Shown piece after piece: positions 8,742 to 18,032 of a stretch of DNA of 64,000 nucleotides; the stretch's first letter is position 1; each line of letters starts with the position of its first letter. The notes below the pieces were generated by a model that saw only the letters and a program-made list of their open reading frames with translations, was not told the origin of the DNA and searched no databases. A program made the translations under genes and the position numbers. This DNA is from an uncultured Oscillospiraceae bacterium. GTDB lineage: Bacteria > Bacillota > Clostridia > Oscillospirales > Oscillospiraceae. The stretch is taken from contig CALXCU010000060.1 in assembly GCA_944386885.1 (NCBI GenBank), forward strand, positions 6,650-70,649, written 5' to 3'.

Positions 8742-9761
8742 ATGGTCGTCATTATGAAACCACACTTTACCCCCGAGCAGCTCCAGGAGGCCATCCAGGC
8801 CATGAAGGCCGGGGGCGTCCAGGTCAACATCTCCAAGGGCGCCGAGACCACCGTGCTGGGCGCAGAGGGAGATGCGGCCCACATTGACCAGGAGCTGCTG
8901 GAACAGCTCCCCGGTGTCGAGCGGGTTATGCGGGTCACCGAGCCCTACAAAAAGGCCAACCGGAAGTACCACCCCGACGACACCGTCGTCGGCCTGGGCG
9001 CAGGCGCCCAGGTCGGGGGCAAACGCCTGGCCGTCATTGCCGGGCCCTGCTCCGTGGAGAACGAAGCGCAGATCACCGCCGTGGCCCGCTCGGTGCAGAA
9101 GAGCGGAGCCTGCGCCCTGCGGGGCGGCGCCTTCAAACCCCGCACCTCCCCCTACGCCTTCCAGGGCCTGGAGTGCCAGGGCCTGGAGCTCCTCCAGAGG
9201 GCCAAGGAGGCCACCGGCCTGCCCATCGTCACGGAAATCATGAGCACCGAGTATATCGAGCTCTTTGAGGAGTGCGTGGACGTCATCCAGGTGGGGGCCC
9301 GGAATATGCAGAACTTCGCCCTTCTGAAGGCCCTGGGCCGCCGGACCACCAAGCCCATCCTCCTGAAGCGCGGCCTCTCCTCCACCATTGAGGAGTGGCT
9401 CATGTCCGCCGAATACATCCTGGCCGGGGGCAACCCCAACGTGATTCTCTGCGAGCGGGGCATCCGCACCTTTGAGACCTACACCCGCAACACCTTGGAT
9501 CTATCGGCGGTATTGGCGGTGAAGACCCTCTCCCTCCTACCGGTGGTGTTGGACCCCTCCCACGCCTGCGGGAAAGCCTGGATGGTGGAGCGCATGGCCA
9601 TGGCGGCGGTGGCCGCCGGGGCCGACGGCCTGATTATCGAGGTCCACAACGATCCCAAAAACGCCCTGTGCGACGGGCAGCAGTCCCTGACCCCGGAGCA
9701 GTTCCAGGGCGTGATGGACCGCCTCGCGGCGCTGGCCCCCTGCGTTGGCCGGGAGGTGTGA
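8742..9761 (+). CDS. aroF: 3-deoxy-7-phosphoheptulonate (DAHP) synthase, type I-beta, with an N-terminal ferredoxin-like regulatory domain
   Basis: Core motifs: IAGPCSVE, LRGGAFKPRTSPY, QVGARNMQN, KRG. The track start at 8691 (TTG) lies inside the terminator hairpin, so I use the ATG at 8742. Confidence 0.9.
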   Translation: MVVIMKPHFTPEQLQEAIQAMKAGGVQVNISKGAETTVLGAEGDAAHIDQELLEQLPGVERVMRVTEPYKKANRKYHPDDTVVGLGAGAQVGGKRLAVIAGPCSVENEAQITAVARSVQKSGACALRGGAFKPRTSPYAFQGLECQGLELLQRAKEATGLPIVTEIMSTEYIELFEECVDVIQVGARNMQNFALLKALGRRTTKPILLKRGLSSTIEEWLMSAEYILAGGNPNVILCERGIRTFETYTRNTLDLSAVLAVKTLSLLPVVLDPSHACGKAWMVERMAMAAVAAGADGLIIEVHNDPKNALCDGQQSLTPEQFQGVMDRLAALAPCVGREV

Positions 9762-9764
9762 GCC

Positions 9765-10631
9765 ATGGAGGAGAAAAAACGCCTGGTCGTGGTGGGCCTG
9801 GGCCTGATCGGGGGCTCCCTGGCCCTGGCCCTGAAGGGCTTTGAGGATTATGAAATCGTAGGCGTAGACATTTCGGAGCCCACCCTGCGCTTTGCCGCCG
9901 AGCACGGCGTGGGCGATGCGGTCACCAGCGACGCCGCCAGCGTCCTCCCCGGCGCCGATGTGGTCGTGCTGGCCCTCCACCCCCGGGGCATCGTCCGTTT
10001 TCTCCAGGAACACCGGGACCGTTTCCGGCCTGGGAGTCTGGTTACCGACGTGTGCGGCGTCAAGACCGCCATTCTGGAGGGGGCACAGGTCCTGCCCGAG
10101 GGCGTGGACTTCATCGGCTGCCACCCCATGGCGGGCACCGAGTTCTCGGGCATTGAGCACGCTTTTGCCGAAATGTTCCAGGGCAGCCACCTGATCCTGG
10201 TCCCCCGGGAGAGCAGCGCGCCGGAGCATGTCGCCCTCCTGGAGCGGCTGGGGGCGTACCTCGGGTGCCGGGATGTGTACCGGACCACCGCTCAGGAACA
10301 CGACGCCATGATCGCCTATACCAGCCAGCTCATGCACATCATCGCCGTGAGCGTATGCGACGACCCCATGCTCTTTGCCTGCCGGGGATTCGAGGGCTCC
10401 TCCTTCCGGGGCTGCACCCGGGTGGCCGCCCTGGATGTGGGGCTTTGGACCGAGCTCTTCTCCATGAACCGCCCTGCCCTCACCGCCGCTCTGGACCGGC
10501 TCATCGGCCACCTGAGCGCCTACAAAGAGGTGCTGGACCAGAACGACCCCAAAGCCCTGGCCGAAAAGCTCTCCGTCTCCGCCGCCCGAAAGCGGAAGAT
10601 GGACCTGCCCGGCCCGGACCTGCTGGAGTAA
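9765..10631 (+). CDS. tyrA: Prephenate dehydrogenase
   Basis: Rossmann motif VVGLGLIGGSLA, plus CHPMAG and TSQLMHIIA. Confidence 0.9.
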   Translation: MEEKKRLVVVGLGLIGGSLALALKGFEDYEIVGVDISEPTLRFAAEHGVGDAVTSDAASVLPGADVVVLALHPRGIVRFLQEHRDRFRPGSLVTDVCGVKTAILEGAQVLPEGVDFIGCHPMAGTEFSGIEHAFAEMFQGSHLILVPRESSAPEHVALLERLGAYLGCRDVYRTTAQEHDAMIAYTSQLMHIIAVSVCDDPMLFACRGFEGSSFRGCTRVAALDVGLWTELFSMNRPALTAALDRLIGHLSAYKEVLDQNDPKALAEKLSVSAARKRKMDLPGPDLLE

Positions 10632-10661
10632 CGCCCGGCGGCCTCCGGGAAAACATACAGC

Positions 10662-10701
10662 AAAAACAGCATGTGCCCCGTTCCGGCACATGCTGTTTTT
10701 T
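10662..10701. terminator. Bidirectional terminator between tyrA and the convergent RNHCP gene
   Basis: aaaaacagcatgtgcc-(7-nt loop)-ggcacatgctgttttt. The A/T runs are part of the stem arms on both strands. Confidence 0.85.
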
Positions 10702-11129
10702 TAGGCGTGCAGGCATCCTTCGCCCCCCATCAGCGCGGTCATCTCTTCTATGCGCTCCAGAGGGAAGGGAGGCTGGGACAAGGGTTTCATGGCGATCGAC
10801 ATCAGCTTCATAGGGTTGTCGTCCGCAGCCACCCGGTTGGAGCTCAAATGGCCGCAGCGCCGGCAGCGGTGGATAATCGCCCACTCTCCGTTCTTGCGCA
10901 CCCACACCCCCACCGGGTCCATGATACCACCGCAGTCGGACGCCCGGTCCCCGGGTTCCACATCGACATGTAAGCTGCACAGGCAGTTGGGACAGTGGTT
11001 GCGGTGACCGCTGCCCGCTCCGGCCGCCACCACCAACCGCCCGCATACCTTGCAGGTAAAGCTGTCCTTGCACGGATGGGTCTTATAATAGCCCTTTTCC
11101 AAGGATCTTCTCTTGTTCTCGCGATTCAT
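10701..11129 (-). CDS. RNHCP domain-containing protein (Cys-rich zinc-binding)
   Basis: Literal GHRNHCPNCLCSLHVD motif plus CRRCGH. Confidence 0.8.
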   Translation of the reverse strand: MNRENKRRSLEKGYYKTHPCKDSFTCKVCGRLVVAAGAGSGHRNHCPNCLCSLHVDVEPGDRASDCGGIMDPVGVWVRKNGEWAIIHRCRRCGHLSSNRVAADDNPMKLMSIAMKPLSQPPFPLERIEEMTALMGGEGCLHA

Positions 11130-11156
11130 GATACATTCTCCTTAAAATTTGGAAGG

Positions 11157-11603
11157 TCACAACCGGGCGTTGAGATATTTCTTGAGCGCGTCCCGGTATT
11201 TCTGCGTCAGGCGCAGGTACTCCTGCTGTTCCTCCGGCGTCCACTCATTCCAAATTGCATTTTCAATTTCAAACAGAGGGTCGATTTTTTCCCTGGCATA
11301 CGCCTCCCCCTTTTCTGTCAGGCAGACGAGGGTATTGCGCCCTCTGCCCGGTTCCAGATAGGCGATCCCCTCTTGTTCCAGCTTCCGAACGGCTGAATTG
11401 ATCGTCTGCCTGCTGATGCCGGTCAACCGGCTGATCTCGCTCTGGGAGCAGCCCGCCCCTTTTTCGCGGATCACATATAAGATATTCTGTACACTGTCCG
11501 AGACCCCCATCTTTACGGCCGCTTCGTGGTATAGGGCATTGATCTCTCCGGCTAAGTAGGTATATTCGCCCGCTTTTAAATAGTGCATCCTTCCGCCCTC
11601 CAT
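11157..11603 (-). CDS. MarR-family transcriptional regulator
   Basis: wHTH CSQSEISRLTGISRQTINSAVRKLEQEGIAY. An alternative start at 11588 (MHYLK) has better SD spacing. Confidence 0.85.
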   Translation of the reverse strand: MEGGRMHYLKAGEYTYLAGEINALYHEAAVKMGVSDSVQNILYVIREKGAGCSQSEISRLTGISRQTINSAVRKLEQEGIAYLEPGRGRNTLVCLTEKGEAYAREKIDPLFEIENAIWNEWTPEEQQEYLRLTQKYRDALKKYLNARL

Positions 11604-11605
11604 TA

Positions 11606-11655
11606 TGTACGATTTCGTACAAGTAATATTATATCCGATTTCGGATATCTGTCAA
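11606..11655 (-). promoter_or_regulatory. marR promoter (TTGACA-N16-TATAAT on the - strand) with two related inverted repeats
   Basis: -35 at 11650-11655 and -10 at 11628-11633. IR2 is ATATCCGA-TT-TCGGATAT (11631-11648) in the spacer/-10. IR1 is TGTACGA-TT-TCGTACA (11606-11621) at about +1. Both share the core CGA-TT-TCG. Confidence 0.65.
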
Positions 11656-11740
11656 CCTTTTTTTCCACAAAAGAAAAACTCTATGTAAATAGGAACTTCC
11701 CATTTACATAGAGTTTTCACATAGGTCCACCTTTTCCCGC

Positions 11741-12772
11741 TCAGGATGCCTGAACCATGTCCGTCATCTCGAGGGTGATGGGGGTCGTATAGGGATTGAG
11801 CATTTCGTTGAGGATGTCCAGAACCTCCTCCGGGTAGAGCTCATAACAGTAGGTCCAGCCGTGATAGGTCACTGTGCCGTCCCCGGGCAGGGTGGCAGTG
11901 CGCAGGCCGGAGGACAGGTCAAAGCCCAGAGCCGGCTCCACAAACCAGAGCATCTCCCCCAGCTCCAAGTCGGTCTCCACATGCTCGGAGATCAGCTCCA
12001 GATAGCCGGGGATCTTGTCCGGCTGGGCGAGCATCTTCTGGGCGATCAGGGTCAGGATCTGCTGCTGGGTCTGGGTCCGCTCTACATCGGTATAGGCCAC
12101 CTGGATCTTGCCCTCGTTGTTGTGGCGGAACCGGCAGACCTCCATGGCCTCCTGGCCGTCCAGGTGGGTCATGCCCCTCTGAAAATGAATGTGCAGATCC
12201 TGGGTGGGGTCGTCGTAGTCCATATACACCGGGATCTCAAAGTCCACGCCCCCCACCATATCCACCAGCTCGGGGAAGGTGTCCACCTCGATGGCCACAT
12301 AGTAGTCGATGGGGATGCCCAGCAGGTCGGAGACCGCCTCCTTGAGCTCCTCAATGCCGTAGTGGTAGGAGCTGTTGATTTTATAATAGCGGTTCCCGCC
12401 GGGGGACGCCCGGTCCACCAGCGTGTCCCGGGGGATGGAGACCAGCCCCGCCTGCTGGTTCACCGTGTCATACATGGCCACCATGATGGAATCGGCGTTG
12501 CCGCTGGCCTCATCCGGACAGGTGAGCAGGACGGTATACGTCCCCTCCTTTCGGGTCAGGCCCTGGGGTTCCCCCGAGTTCTCCGGGCCCTGGGGTACGG
12601 AGGCCGCTGGCGGCGAGGCTGGGTCCTGGGCCATGGTCGGCTCCCGCTTTATCACATGATAGACCACATACAGCGCCACCACCACGGCGGACAGCGCCAC
12701 CAGCAGTCCGTACAGTGTCCCCGCAACCCGGCGCAGGAAGGATTTTTTCCGGCGCAGTACCCGTTTTCCCAT
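11741..12772 (-). CDS. LytR-CpsA-Psr (LCP) family cell-wall polymer ligase
   Basis: N-terminal TM segment, then SIPRDTLVD, INSSYHYG and VRFRHNNEG. Confidence 0.85.
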   Translation of the reverse strand: MGKRVLRRKKSFLRRVAGTLYGLLVALSAVVVALYVVYHVIKREPTMAQDPASPPAASVPQGPENSGEPQGLTRKEGTYTVLLTCPDEASGNADSIMVAMYDTVNQQAGLVSIPRDTLVDRASPGGNRYYKINSSYHYGIEELKEAVSDLLGIPIDYYVAIEVDTFPELVDMVGGVDFEIPVYMDYDDPTQDLHIHFQRGMTHLDGQEAMEVCRFRHNNEGKIQVAYTDVERTQTQQQILTLIAQKMLAQPDKIPGYLELISEHVETDLELGEMLWFVEPALGFDLSSGLRTATLPGDGTVTYHGWTYCYELYPEEVLDILNEMLNPYTTPITLEMTDMVQAS

Positions 12773-12903
12773 GGAGCAAGGGCCCCTTTCTTTCCATACA
12801 TCCTGATTATGTCAACAGTCAGCATGAAATAGTATACCGAAAAAAGTGACGCTGGGCAAGCTCCAATTTTCGAATTTCATATTTTCGTAAGAACTCTCCG
12901 CCC

Positions 12904-13203
12904 TCAGGGGTTGCGGCACAGAGTCGCCAGCACCGCCGACGTAAGGGAGTTCACCGCCGCTATCAGGTCGGTGAGCAGCTGGTTCTGCTCCATGAGGGTC
13001 TCCAGGATGCGGGTCTGGACGGGGTCCCTCGCCTCCTGACAGGGCCGCTGGGATGCCGGCGCTACCGGATATGTATAGCGGCGCATAGGCTCTCCGTCGG
13101 CATCCCGCCCGGCAGACAGAGCCCGTCCGGCCTGGAGCAGCGCCTGGGCATCCTGCCGGGCCCGCTCCTCCCGGGACCGGGCGCAGTGGGATGATTGCTT
13201 CAT
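12904..13203 (-). CDS. Hypothetical 99-aa protein
   Basis: AGGAGG lies 6 nt upstream of the ATG at 13203, and third-codon positions are GC-rich. No family recognised. Confidence 0.5.
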   Translation of the reverse strand: MKQSSHCARSREERARQDAQALLQAGRALSAGRDADGEPMRRYTYPVAPASQRPCQEARDPVQTRILETLMEQNQLLTDLIAAVNSLTSAVLATLCRNP

Positions 13204-13267
13204 ATGGCTGCCTCCTTTCCACTGGTTGGATACCCCATGCTATGCGCCCGGCCTGTCCGCCGCGCCC

Positions 13268-13296
13268 TTGACTTTTTCTCGTAAAGTGTGTAAAGT
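13268..13296 (+). promoter_or_regulatory. Promoter TTGACT-N17-TAAAGT upstream of the ABC importer
   Basis: -35 at 13268-13273 and -10 at 13291-13296. Confidence 0.55.
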
Positions 13297-13440
13297 ATTA
13301 GACCAAAGGGTTTAGGTAAGATCCGCCCTGTTTTTTTAGATCAACCGGTTAAACTGGGCGTATGTCTCCATTGCGCAGGTCCATTTCGTTTCCATTTTGT
13401 TATGAGATAGCTGTAATATACGGAAAGGATTGTGATTTTC

Positions 13441-14484
13441 ATGAAATCTCGCACCTGGGTTGCCCTGACTCTGGTAACGGCTCTGCTCACCGGGCTACTG
13501 GCCGGCTGCGGCGGCAGCGCCCAGCCCACCGCGGAGCCCACACCCTCTCCCTCTGCGGAGGCTGCCGCCCCAACGCCCTCTCCCACCCCGGAGGCCCAGC
13601 GTCCAGTGGTCAGCCTGGCCATGCTCAACGGCCCCACCGGCATGGGCGCCGCCAAGCTCCTCTCTGACAACACCGCCGGCACCACCCTCAATCAATATCA
13701 TGTGGAGGTGGCCGCCCAGCCCACCGACCTGACTGGAAAGCTCACCAGCGGCGAGGTAGACATCGCCGCCCTGCCCACCAATGTGGCCGCCAACCTCTAC
13801 AACAAGACTGGCAGCATCCAGATGCTGGCCCTCAATACCCTGGGCGTTCTCTATATCCTGGAAAACGGCGATACGGTCCACTCCTTTGCCGATTTGGCGG
13901 GCCGGACCATCTACGCCACCGGCCAGGGGGCCAATCCGGAGTATGTGCTGGACTATTTGCTCACCCAAAACGGGCTGGACCCGGACACCGATGTGGACGT
14001 GCAGTGGATGACCAGTGAGGAAGTACAGGCCCGGATGGTCTCCGGCGAGGCCGAGCTGGCCATGCTGCCCGTGCCCGCCGCCACCGCCGTGATGATGCAG
14101 AACAGCGATGTGCGCGCCGCCATCGACTTCAACACTGCCTGGGAGGAGTCGGGCGCCGAGGGGGTGTTCACCATGGGCTGCGTGGTGGCCCGCACGGAAT
14201 TCATCCAGGAAAATCCCCAGGCTGTGGAAAACTTCCTGGAGGAGTACGCCGCTTCCATTGACTTTGTGAAGAACAACCCGGAGGAGGCCGCCCCCATGGT
14301 GGTGGAGGCCGGCATTGTCCCCAAGGAGCCCATCGCCGTGGCCGCCATCCCCCAAGCCAACCTGGTCTGCATCACCGGCAGCGACATGCTCTCCATCCGG
14401 GATTACTATGCGGTGCTCTATGCCGCCGACCCCGACTCCATTGGCGGGGCCAACCCGGACGACGGCTTCTTCTATCTGCCCTGA
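13441..14484 (+). CDS. ABC transporter substrate-binding lipoprotein (NMT1/THI5-like, NitT/TauT-type)
   Basis: Lipobox LLAGC. Periplasmic-binding fold features, with the cognate permease and ATPase downstream. Confidence 0.75.
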   Translation: MKSRTWVALTLVTALLTGLLAGCGGSAQPTAEPTPSPSAEAAAPTPSPTPEAQRPVVSLAMLNGPTGMGAAKLLSDNTAGTTLNQYHVEVAAQPTDLTGKLTSGEVDIAALPTNVAANLYNKTGSIQMLALNTLGVLYILENGDTVHSFADLAGRTIYATGQGANPEYVLDYLLTQNGLDPDTDVDVQWMTSEEVQARMVSGEAELAMLPVPAATAVMMQNSDVRAAIDFNTAWEESGAEGVFTMGCVVARTEFIQENPQAVENFLEEYAASIDFVKNNPEEAAPMVVEAGIVPKEPIAVAAIPQANLVCITGSDMLSIRDYYAVLYAADPDSIGGANPDDGFFYLP

Positions 14485-14492
14485 GCGGACGG

Positions 14493-15272
14493 ATGAAGCG
14501 TTGGAGGCGTTTTTTGGCCAGGGGGGTCCTCCCCCTGGCCTTTTGGCTGCTGGTGTGGCAGGGGGCAGTCTGGTACTTACAGGAGGTCCAAGGCATCCAG
14601 ACCACACTGATCCTCCCCGGCCCCCTTCTGGTGGCCCGGACATTGGCGGAGCTGGCGGGGACAGCGGACTTCTGGCGTACCGCCCTCATGAGCCTGCTGC
14701 GCATTTTCGCCGGGCTGCTCTGGGGCGTATTGGCCGGGGCGGCCCTGGGGGCGGCTACCCGGGCCTCCCGGTGGGCCGGCTGGCTGCTCTCTCCGGCGGT
14801 GCGGGTCATACGGGCCACTCCGGTGGCCTCTTTCAGCCTGCTGGTCATCCTGTGGGCCCCTACGGGCTGGGTACCGGTGGTGGTCTCGGGCCTAATGGTC
14901 TTACCGGTAGTCTGGGGCAATGTCTCCCGGGGCATCGCCCAGACGGACCCGCTCCTGCTGGAGGCCGCCCGCGCCTATCGCTTCGGCCGGTGGAAGACGG
15001 TGCGCCTGGTGTACGTCCCCTCGGTGCTGCCCTATTTCGCCAGCGCCTGCCATACCGCCCTGGGCCTGGCCTGGAAGGCCGGGGTAGCCGCCGAGGTCCT
15101 CTGTGTCCCCCGGCTGGCCATCGGCACTCAGGTATATTTTTCTAAAATCTATTTGGAGACGCCGGCCCTGTTCGCCTGGACCCTGGTGGTCCTGGTGCTC
15201 AGCTTCCTGTTGGAGCGGGCGCTCGGGGGGCTGCTGAGCCGTCTGGAAGGGGGGATCGGCCGTGAAGATTGA
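14493..15272 (+). CDS. ABC transporter permease (NitT/TauT-type)
   Basis: Six-TM BPD_transp_1-like protein. Overlaps the ATPase gene by 11 nt. Confidence 0.8.
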   Translation: MKRWRRFLARGVLPLAFWLLVWQGAVWYLQEVQGIQTTLILPGPLLVARTLAELAGTADFWRTALMSLLRIFAGLLWGVLAGAALGAATRASRWAGWLLSPAVRVIRATPVASFSLLVILWAPTGWVPVVVSGLMVLPVVWGNVSRGIAQTDPLLLEAARAYRFGRWKTVRLVYVPSVLPYFASACHTALGLAWKAGVAAEVLCVPRLAIGTQVYFSKIYLETPALFAWTLVVLVLSFLLERALGGLLSRLEGGIGRED

Positions 15273-15864
15273 GGGCATGACGGCGGGCTACGGCGGCCGC
15301 GCTATTTTGGAGGACTTTTCTCTCTCCTGGCCCGATACGGGGATCACCGCCCTCTCCGGGCCCTCCGGGTGCGGCCAGACCACCCTGCTGCGCTGTCTAG
15401 CGGGGCTGCTGCCCTGCACGGTCCGGACCCTGGAGCTGCCGGAGCGGCCGGTCATCCTCTTCCAAGAGGACCGCCTTCTCCCCTGGCGGACGGCAGAGCA
15501 GCACGTGACCGACGTCCTCCCCCGCGCCCGCTGGGGAGAAGCGGGGGAGTGGCTCGCCCTGGTCGAACTGGAGGGGGAAGGGGCCCATTACCCCCGGGAA
15601 CTCTCCGGGGGCATGCGCCGGCGGCTGGCCCTGGCCCGGGCGCTGGCCTGCGGCGGGGGACTCTACCTGCTGGACGAGCCCTTTACCGGCGTGGACGAGG
15701 CCCGGACCGCACGCATCCTGGCGCGCATTCGGACCCTGGGCACGCCGGTGCTCCTCTCGGGGCACGAGGCCGCTCTGGTAACCCTGGCTGATACGGTGAT
15801 CCCCCTCTCTGGGCCGCCGCTGCGCCCCGCTGGACCGGCGGAAAATCCTGCCTGCCGTTTTTAA
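15262..15864 (+). CDS. ABC transporter ATP-binding protein with a Walker A Lys-to-Gln variant
   Basis: GPSGCGQTT (Q39, CAG at 15376-15378), [20 protein letters not shown], and an H-loop SGHE. GTG start. Confidence 0.8.
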   Translation: MKIEGMTAGYGGRAILEDFSLSWPDTGITALSGPSGCGQTTLLRCLAGLLPCTVRTLELPERPVILFQEDRLLPWRTAEQHVTDVLPRARWGEAGEWLALVELEGEGAHYPRELSGGMRRRLALARALACGGGLYLLDEPFTGVDEARTARILARIRTLGTPVLLSGHEAALVTLADTVIPLSGPPLRPAGPAENPACRF

Positions 15865-16003
15865 AGATTTTATGAAGATTCCCTTCAAAAGTTCGAAATA
15901 CCAGTTGCGTTTTCGGACTTTTGTGGTATCATAAGGACTGCTGAGCCGTCCCCTTTCCAGCCGGCCGTCCAGCGCAAACTCGTCCGCAGGAGGCTTATCA
16001 CCT

Positions 16004-17893
16004 ATGCACCTACCTTCCATCGTCCGGAGGCGCGGGGAGCGCCGCTTCCACTACCCGAAGCTCCCCCTCACAGAGCGCCAAGCCGTGTGGCTTTCCCGGC
16101 TTTTTTTCCTGCTGGGACCGCTGGTCTCCTATATGATGGTGGAGATCCTCAACAGCAACAACCCCTGGGGCTTTACCTCCCTCCAGCTGGCCCTCAATCT
16201 GGTGTGGTACTACATGGGGGAGATCTTCTTTTATTTCGTCCTGGGCAACCGGGAGCGGGCTATCCGTGCGGCCATGTTTTTCGCCTGGGCCATCGGCATC
16301 ATTAACAGCTACGCCTACCGCTTCCGGGGGCGGACCATTTTCCCCAGCGATATTGTCACCATCCGCACCGCCCTGAACGTGGCGGGCAATTACAATTACA
16401 TGCCCGGAGCCAAAGAGCTGCTTACCCTGGCCATTTTGGCGGCCTTCTGGGCGGTCCTGGCCCTGCTGCCCACCCCCAAAGGGCGGCAGCCCTTCTCTTG
16501 GAAGCTCTTTGTTCCCTCCCAGGTCCTGTGCCTCTCCTTTCTCTGGATGTTCTTCTGTACCAATACCGTCTCCGACGCGGGCATCTCCCCTTCTATGTGG
16601 ACCACCCGGGGCAACGGTTTGGCCTTGAATTTCTCTCTGTGCGTGCGCTACAGCTGGGTCACGCCCCCGGACGGCTACTCCGCTCAGGCGATGGAGGCCG
16701 TGGCGGAGCAGCATCCCTCGGATGAGGCGGCGGAGAGCGCCGCCTCGGACGGGGGTACCCGTCCGGTGAACCTGATCGTCATCATGAACGAGTCCTTCTC
16801 CGACCTGAGCGTTCTGCCCGGTGTGGAGACCAATCAGGATGTGATGCCCTTCTTCCACTCCCTCCAGGAGAACACCGTCAAGGGCTATGCCTACTCCTCG
16901 GTCTTCGGCGGCACCACCGCCAATTCCGAGTACGAGTTCCTTACCGGCAACACCACCGCCTTCCTTCCCGCAGGCACCGTGCCCTACCACATGTACATCA
17001 GCAGCAACGAGCCCGGCCTGGCCCGGCAGATGGGCGATCTGGGCTACCGCACCGTGGCGATGCACCCCTATTATTCCTCCGGATGGAACCGGGTGGCCGT
17101 CTATGAGGACATGGGCTTTGACGAACAATATTTTCTGGAGGATTTTACCTATACGGAGGATGACATCATCCGGGAGTACCTCTCCGATGAGGCTGACTAC
17201 GAAAACCTCATCGCCCGCTATGAGGCCAAGGAGGCGGGCGAACCCCTGTTTCTCTTCAATGTGACCATGCAGAACCACAGCGGCTACACCGGCGAGTGGA
17301 CCAACCTGTCCCGGGAAGTCTGGCTCACCTGGGCATATGAGGGGCAATTTGATACGGTGGACCAATACCTGAATCTGATCTACCAGAGCGACCAGGCCCT
17401 GGAAACATTGATCTCCTATTTCTCCCAGGTGGAGGAGCCCACCCTGATCTGCCTCTTCGGCGACCACCAGCCCCAGGTGGACACGGAGTTTTACGACGCC
17501 GTTCTGGGGGCCGAAGTGGACTTCCTGGCCCCCGCCACTGCGCAGAAGAAGCAGATGGTCCCTTTCCTCATCTGGGCCAACTACGACATTCCCGAGTCCG
17601 ATGGGGTCCAGCTCTCCCTGAACTATCTCTCCTCCCTGCTCACCGAGATCGCTCAGCTCCCCCAGACCGGCTATCAGAAGTACCTGAAGGCGCTCTGGCA
17701 GCAGCTCCCTATTATCAATACGGTGGGCTATGTGGACAATCAGGGTGAATGGGTCCACACCGCCGACGAGGAGGAGCTCTCCTCCGCCGCCCAGAGCGCC
17801 CTGGACGGGTACAAACAGGTGCTCTACAACAATATTTTCGACAAGTCCAACCGGCCCGCCGGGTTTTTCACCCTGCGCTCCGCCGGAGATTAA
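16004..17893 (+). CDS. LTA-synthase/sulfatase family protein (phosphoglycerol-transferase-like)
   Basis: N-terminal polytopic region followed by an alkaline-phosphatase-superfamily domain (IVIMNESFSD, GGTTANSEYEFLTGN, FGDHQP). Confidence 0.85.
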   Translation: MHLPSIVRRRGERRFHYPKLPLTERQAVWLSRLFFLLGPLVSYMMVEILNSNNPWGFTSLQLALNLVWYYMGEIFFYFVLGNRERAIRAAMFFAWAIGIINSYAYRFRGRTIFPSDIVTIRTALNVAGNYNYMPGAKELLTLAILAAFWAVLALLPTPKGRQPFSWKLFVPSQVLCLSFLWMFFCTNTVSDAGISPSMWTTRGNGLALNFSLCVRYSWVTPPDGYSAQAMEAVAEQHPSDEAAESAASDGGTRPVNLIVIMNESFSDLSVLPGVETNQDVMPFFHSLQENTVKGYAYSSVFGGTTANSEYEFLTGNTTAFLPAGTVPYHMYISSNEPGLARQMGDLGYRTVAMHPYYSSGWNRVAVYEDMGFDEQYFLEDFTYTEDDIIREYLSDEADYENLIARYEAKEAGEPLFLFNVTMQNHSGYTGEWTNLSREVWLTWAYEGQFDTVDQYLNLIYQSDQALETLISYFSQVEEPTLICLFGDHQPQVDTEFYDAVLGAEVDFLAPATAQKKQMVPFLIWANYDIPESDGVQLSLNYLSSLLTEIAQLPQTGYQKYLKALWQQLPIINTVGYVDNQGEWVHTADEEELSSAAQSALDGYKQVLYNNIFDKSNRPAGFFTLRSAGD

Positions 17894-17897
17894 AGCG

Positions 17898-17935
17898 GCC
17901 CCGCCCGGAGCTTGAGATCCGGGCGGGGCGTTTTT
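17898..17935 (+). terminator. Rho-independent terminator
   Basis: gccccgcccgg-(10 nt)-ccgggcggggc followed by gttttt. Confidence 0.8.
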
Positions 17936-18032
17936 GGGCCTGGCACATGGGGCGCAGCCTCCAACCCTCCTGCTTGCGGGGGAAAGGCGGGCGTGGTACA
18001 CTGGAACAAATGGAGAAATTGGGGGAATTTTC

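Noticed and set aside
12812-13222. A 136-aa ORF overlapping the 99-aa hypothetical gene in another frame.
   Set aside because: It has no RBS and its composition is Gly/Pro/Ala/Arg-rich. The 12904-13203 frame has AGGAGG 6 nt upstream of its ATG.
13297-13440. A possible riboswitch (for example TPP) in the 140-nt leader of the NMT1/THI5-like ABC importer.
   Set aside because: I found no CUGAGA / ACCUGAUCUGGAUAAUGCCAGCG-type TPP core or any other riboswitch core I recognise. The apparent AGGG...CCCT plus U-run hairpin has only 4 bp. A covariance-model scan would be needed to exclude this properly.
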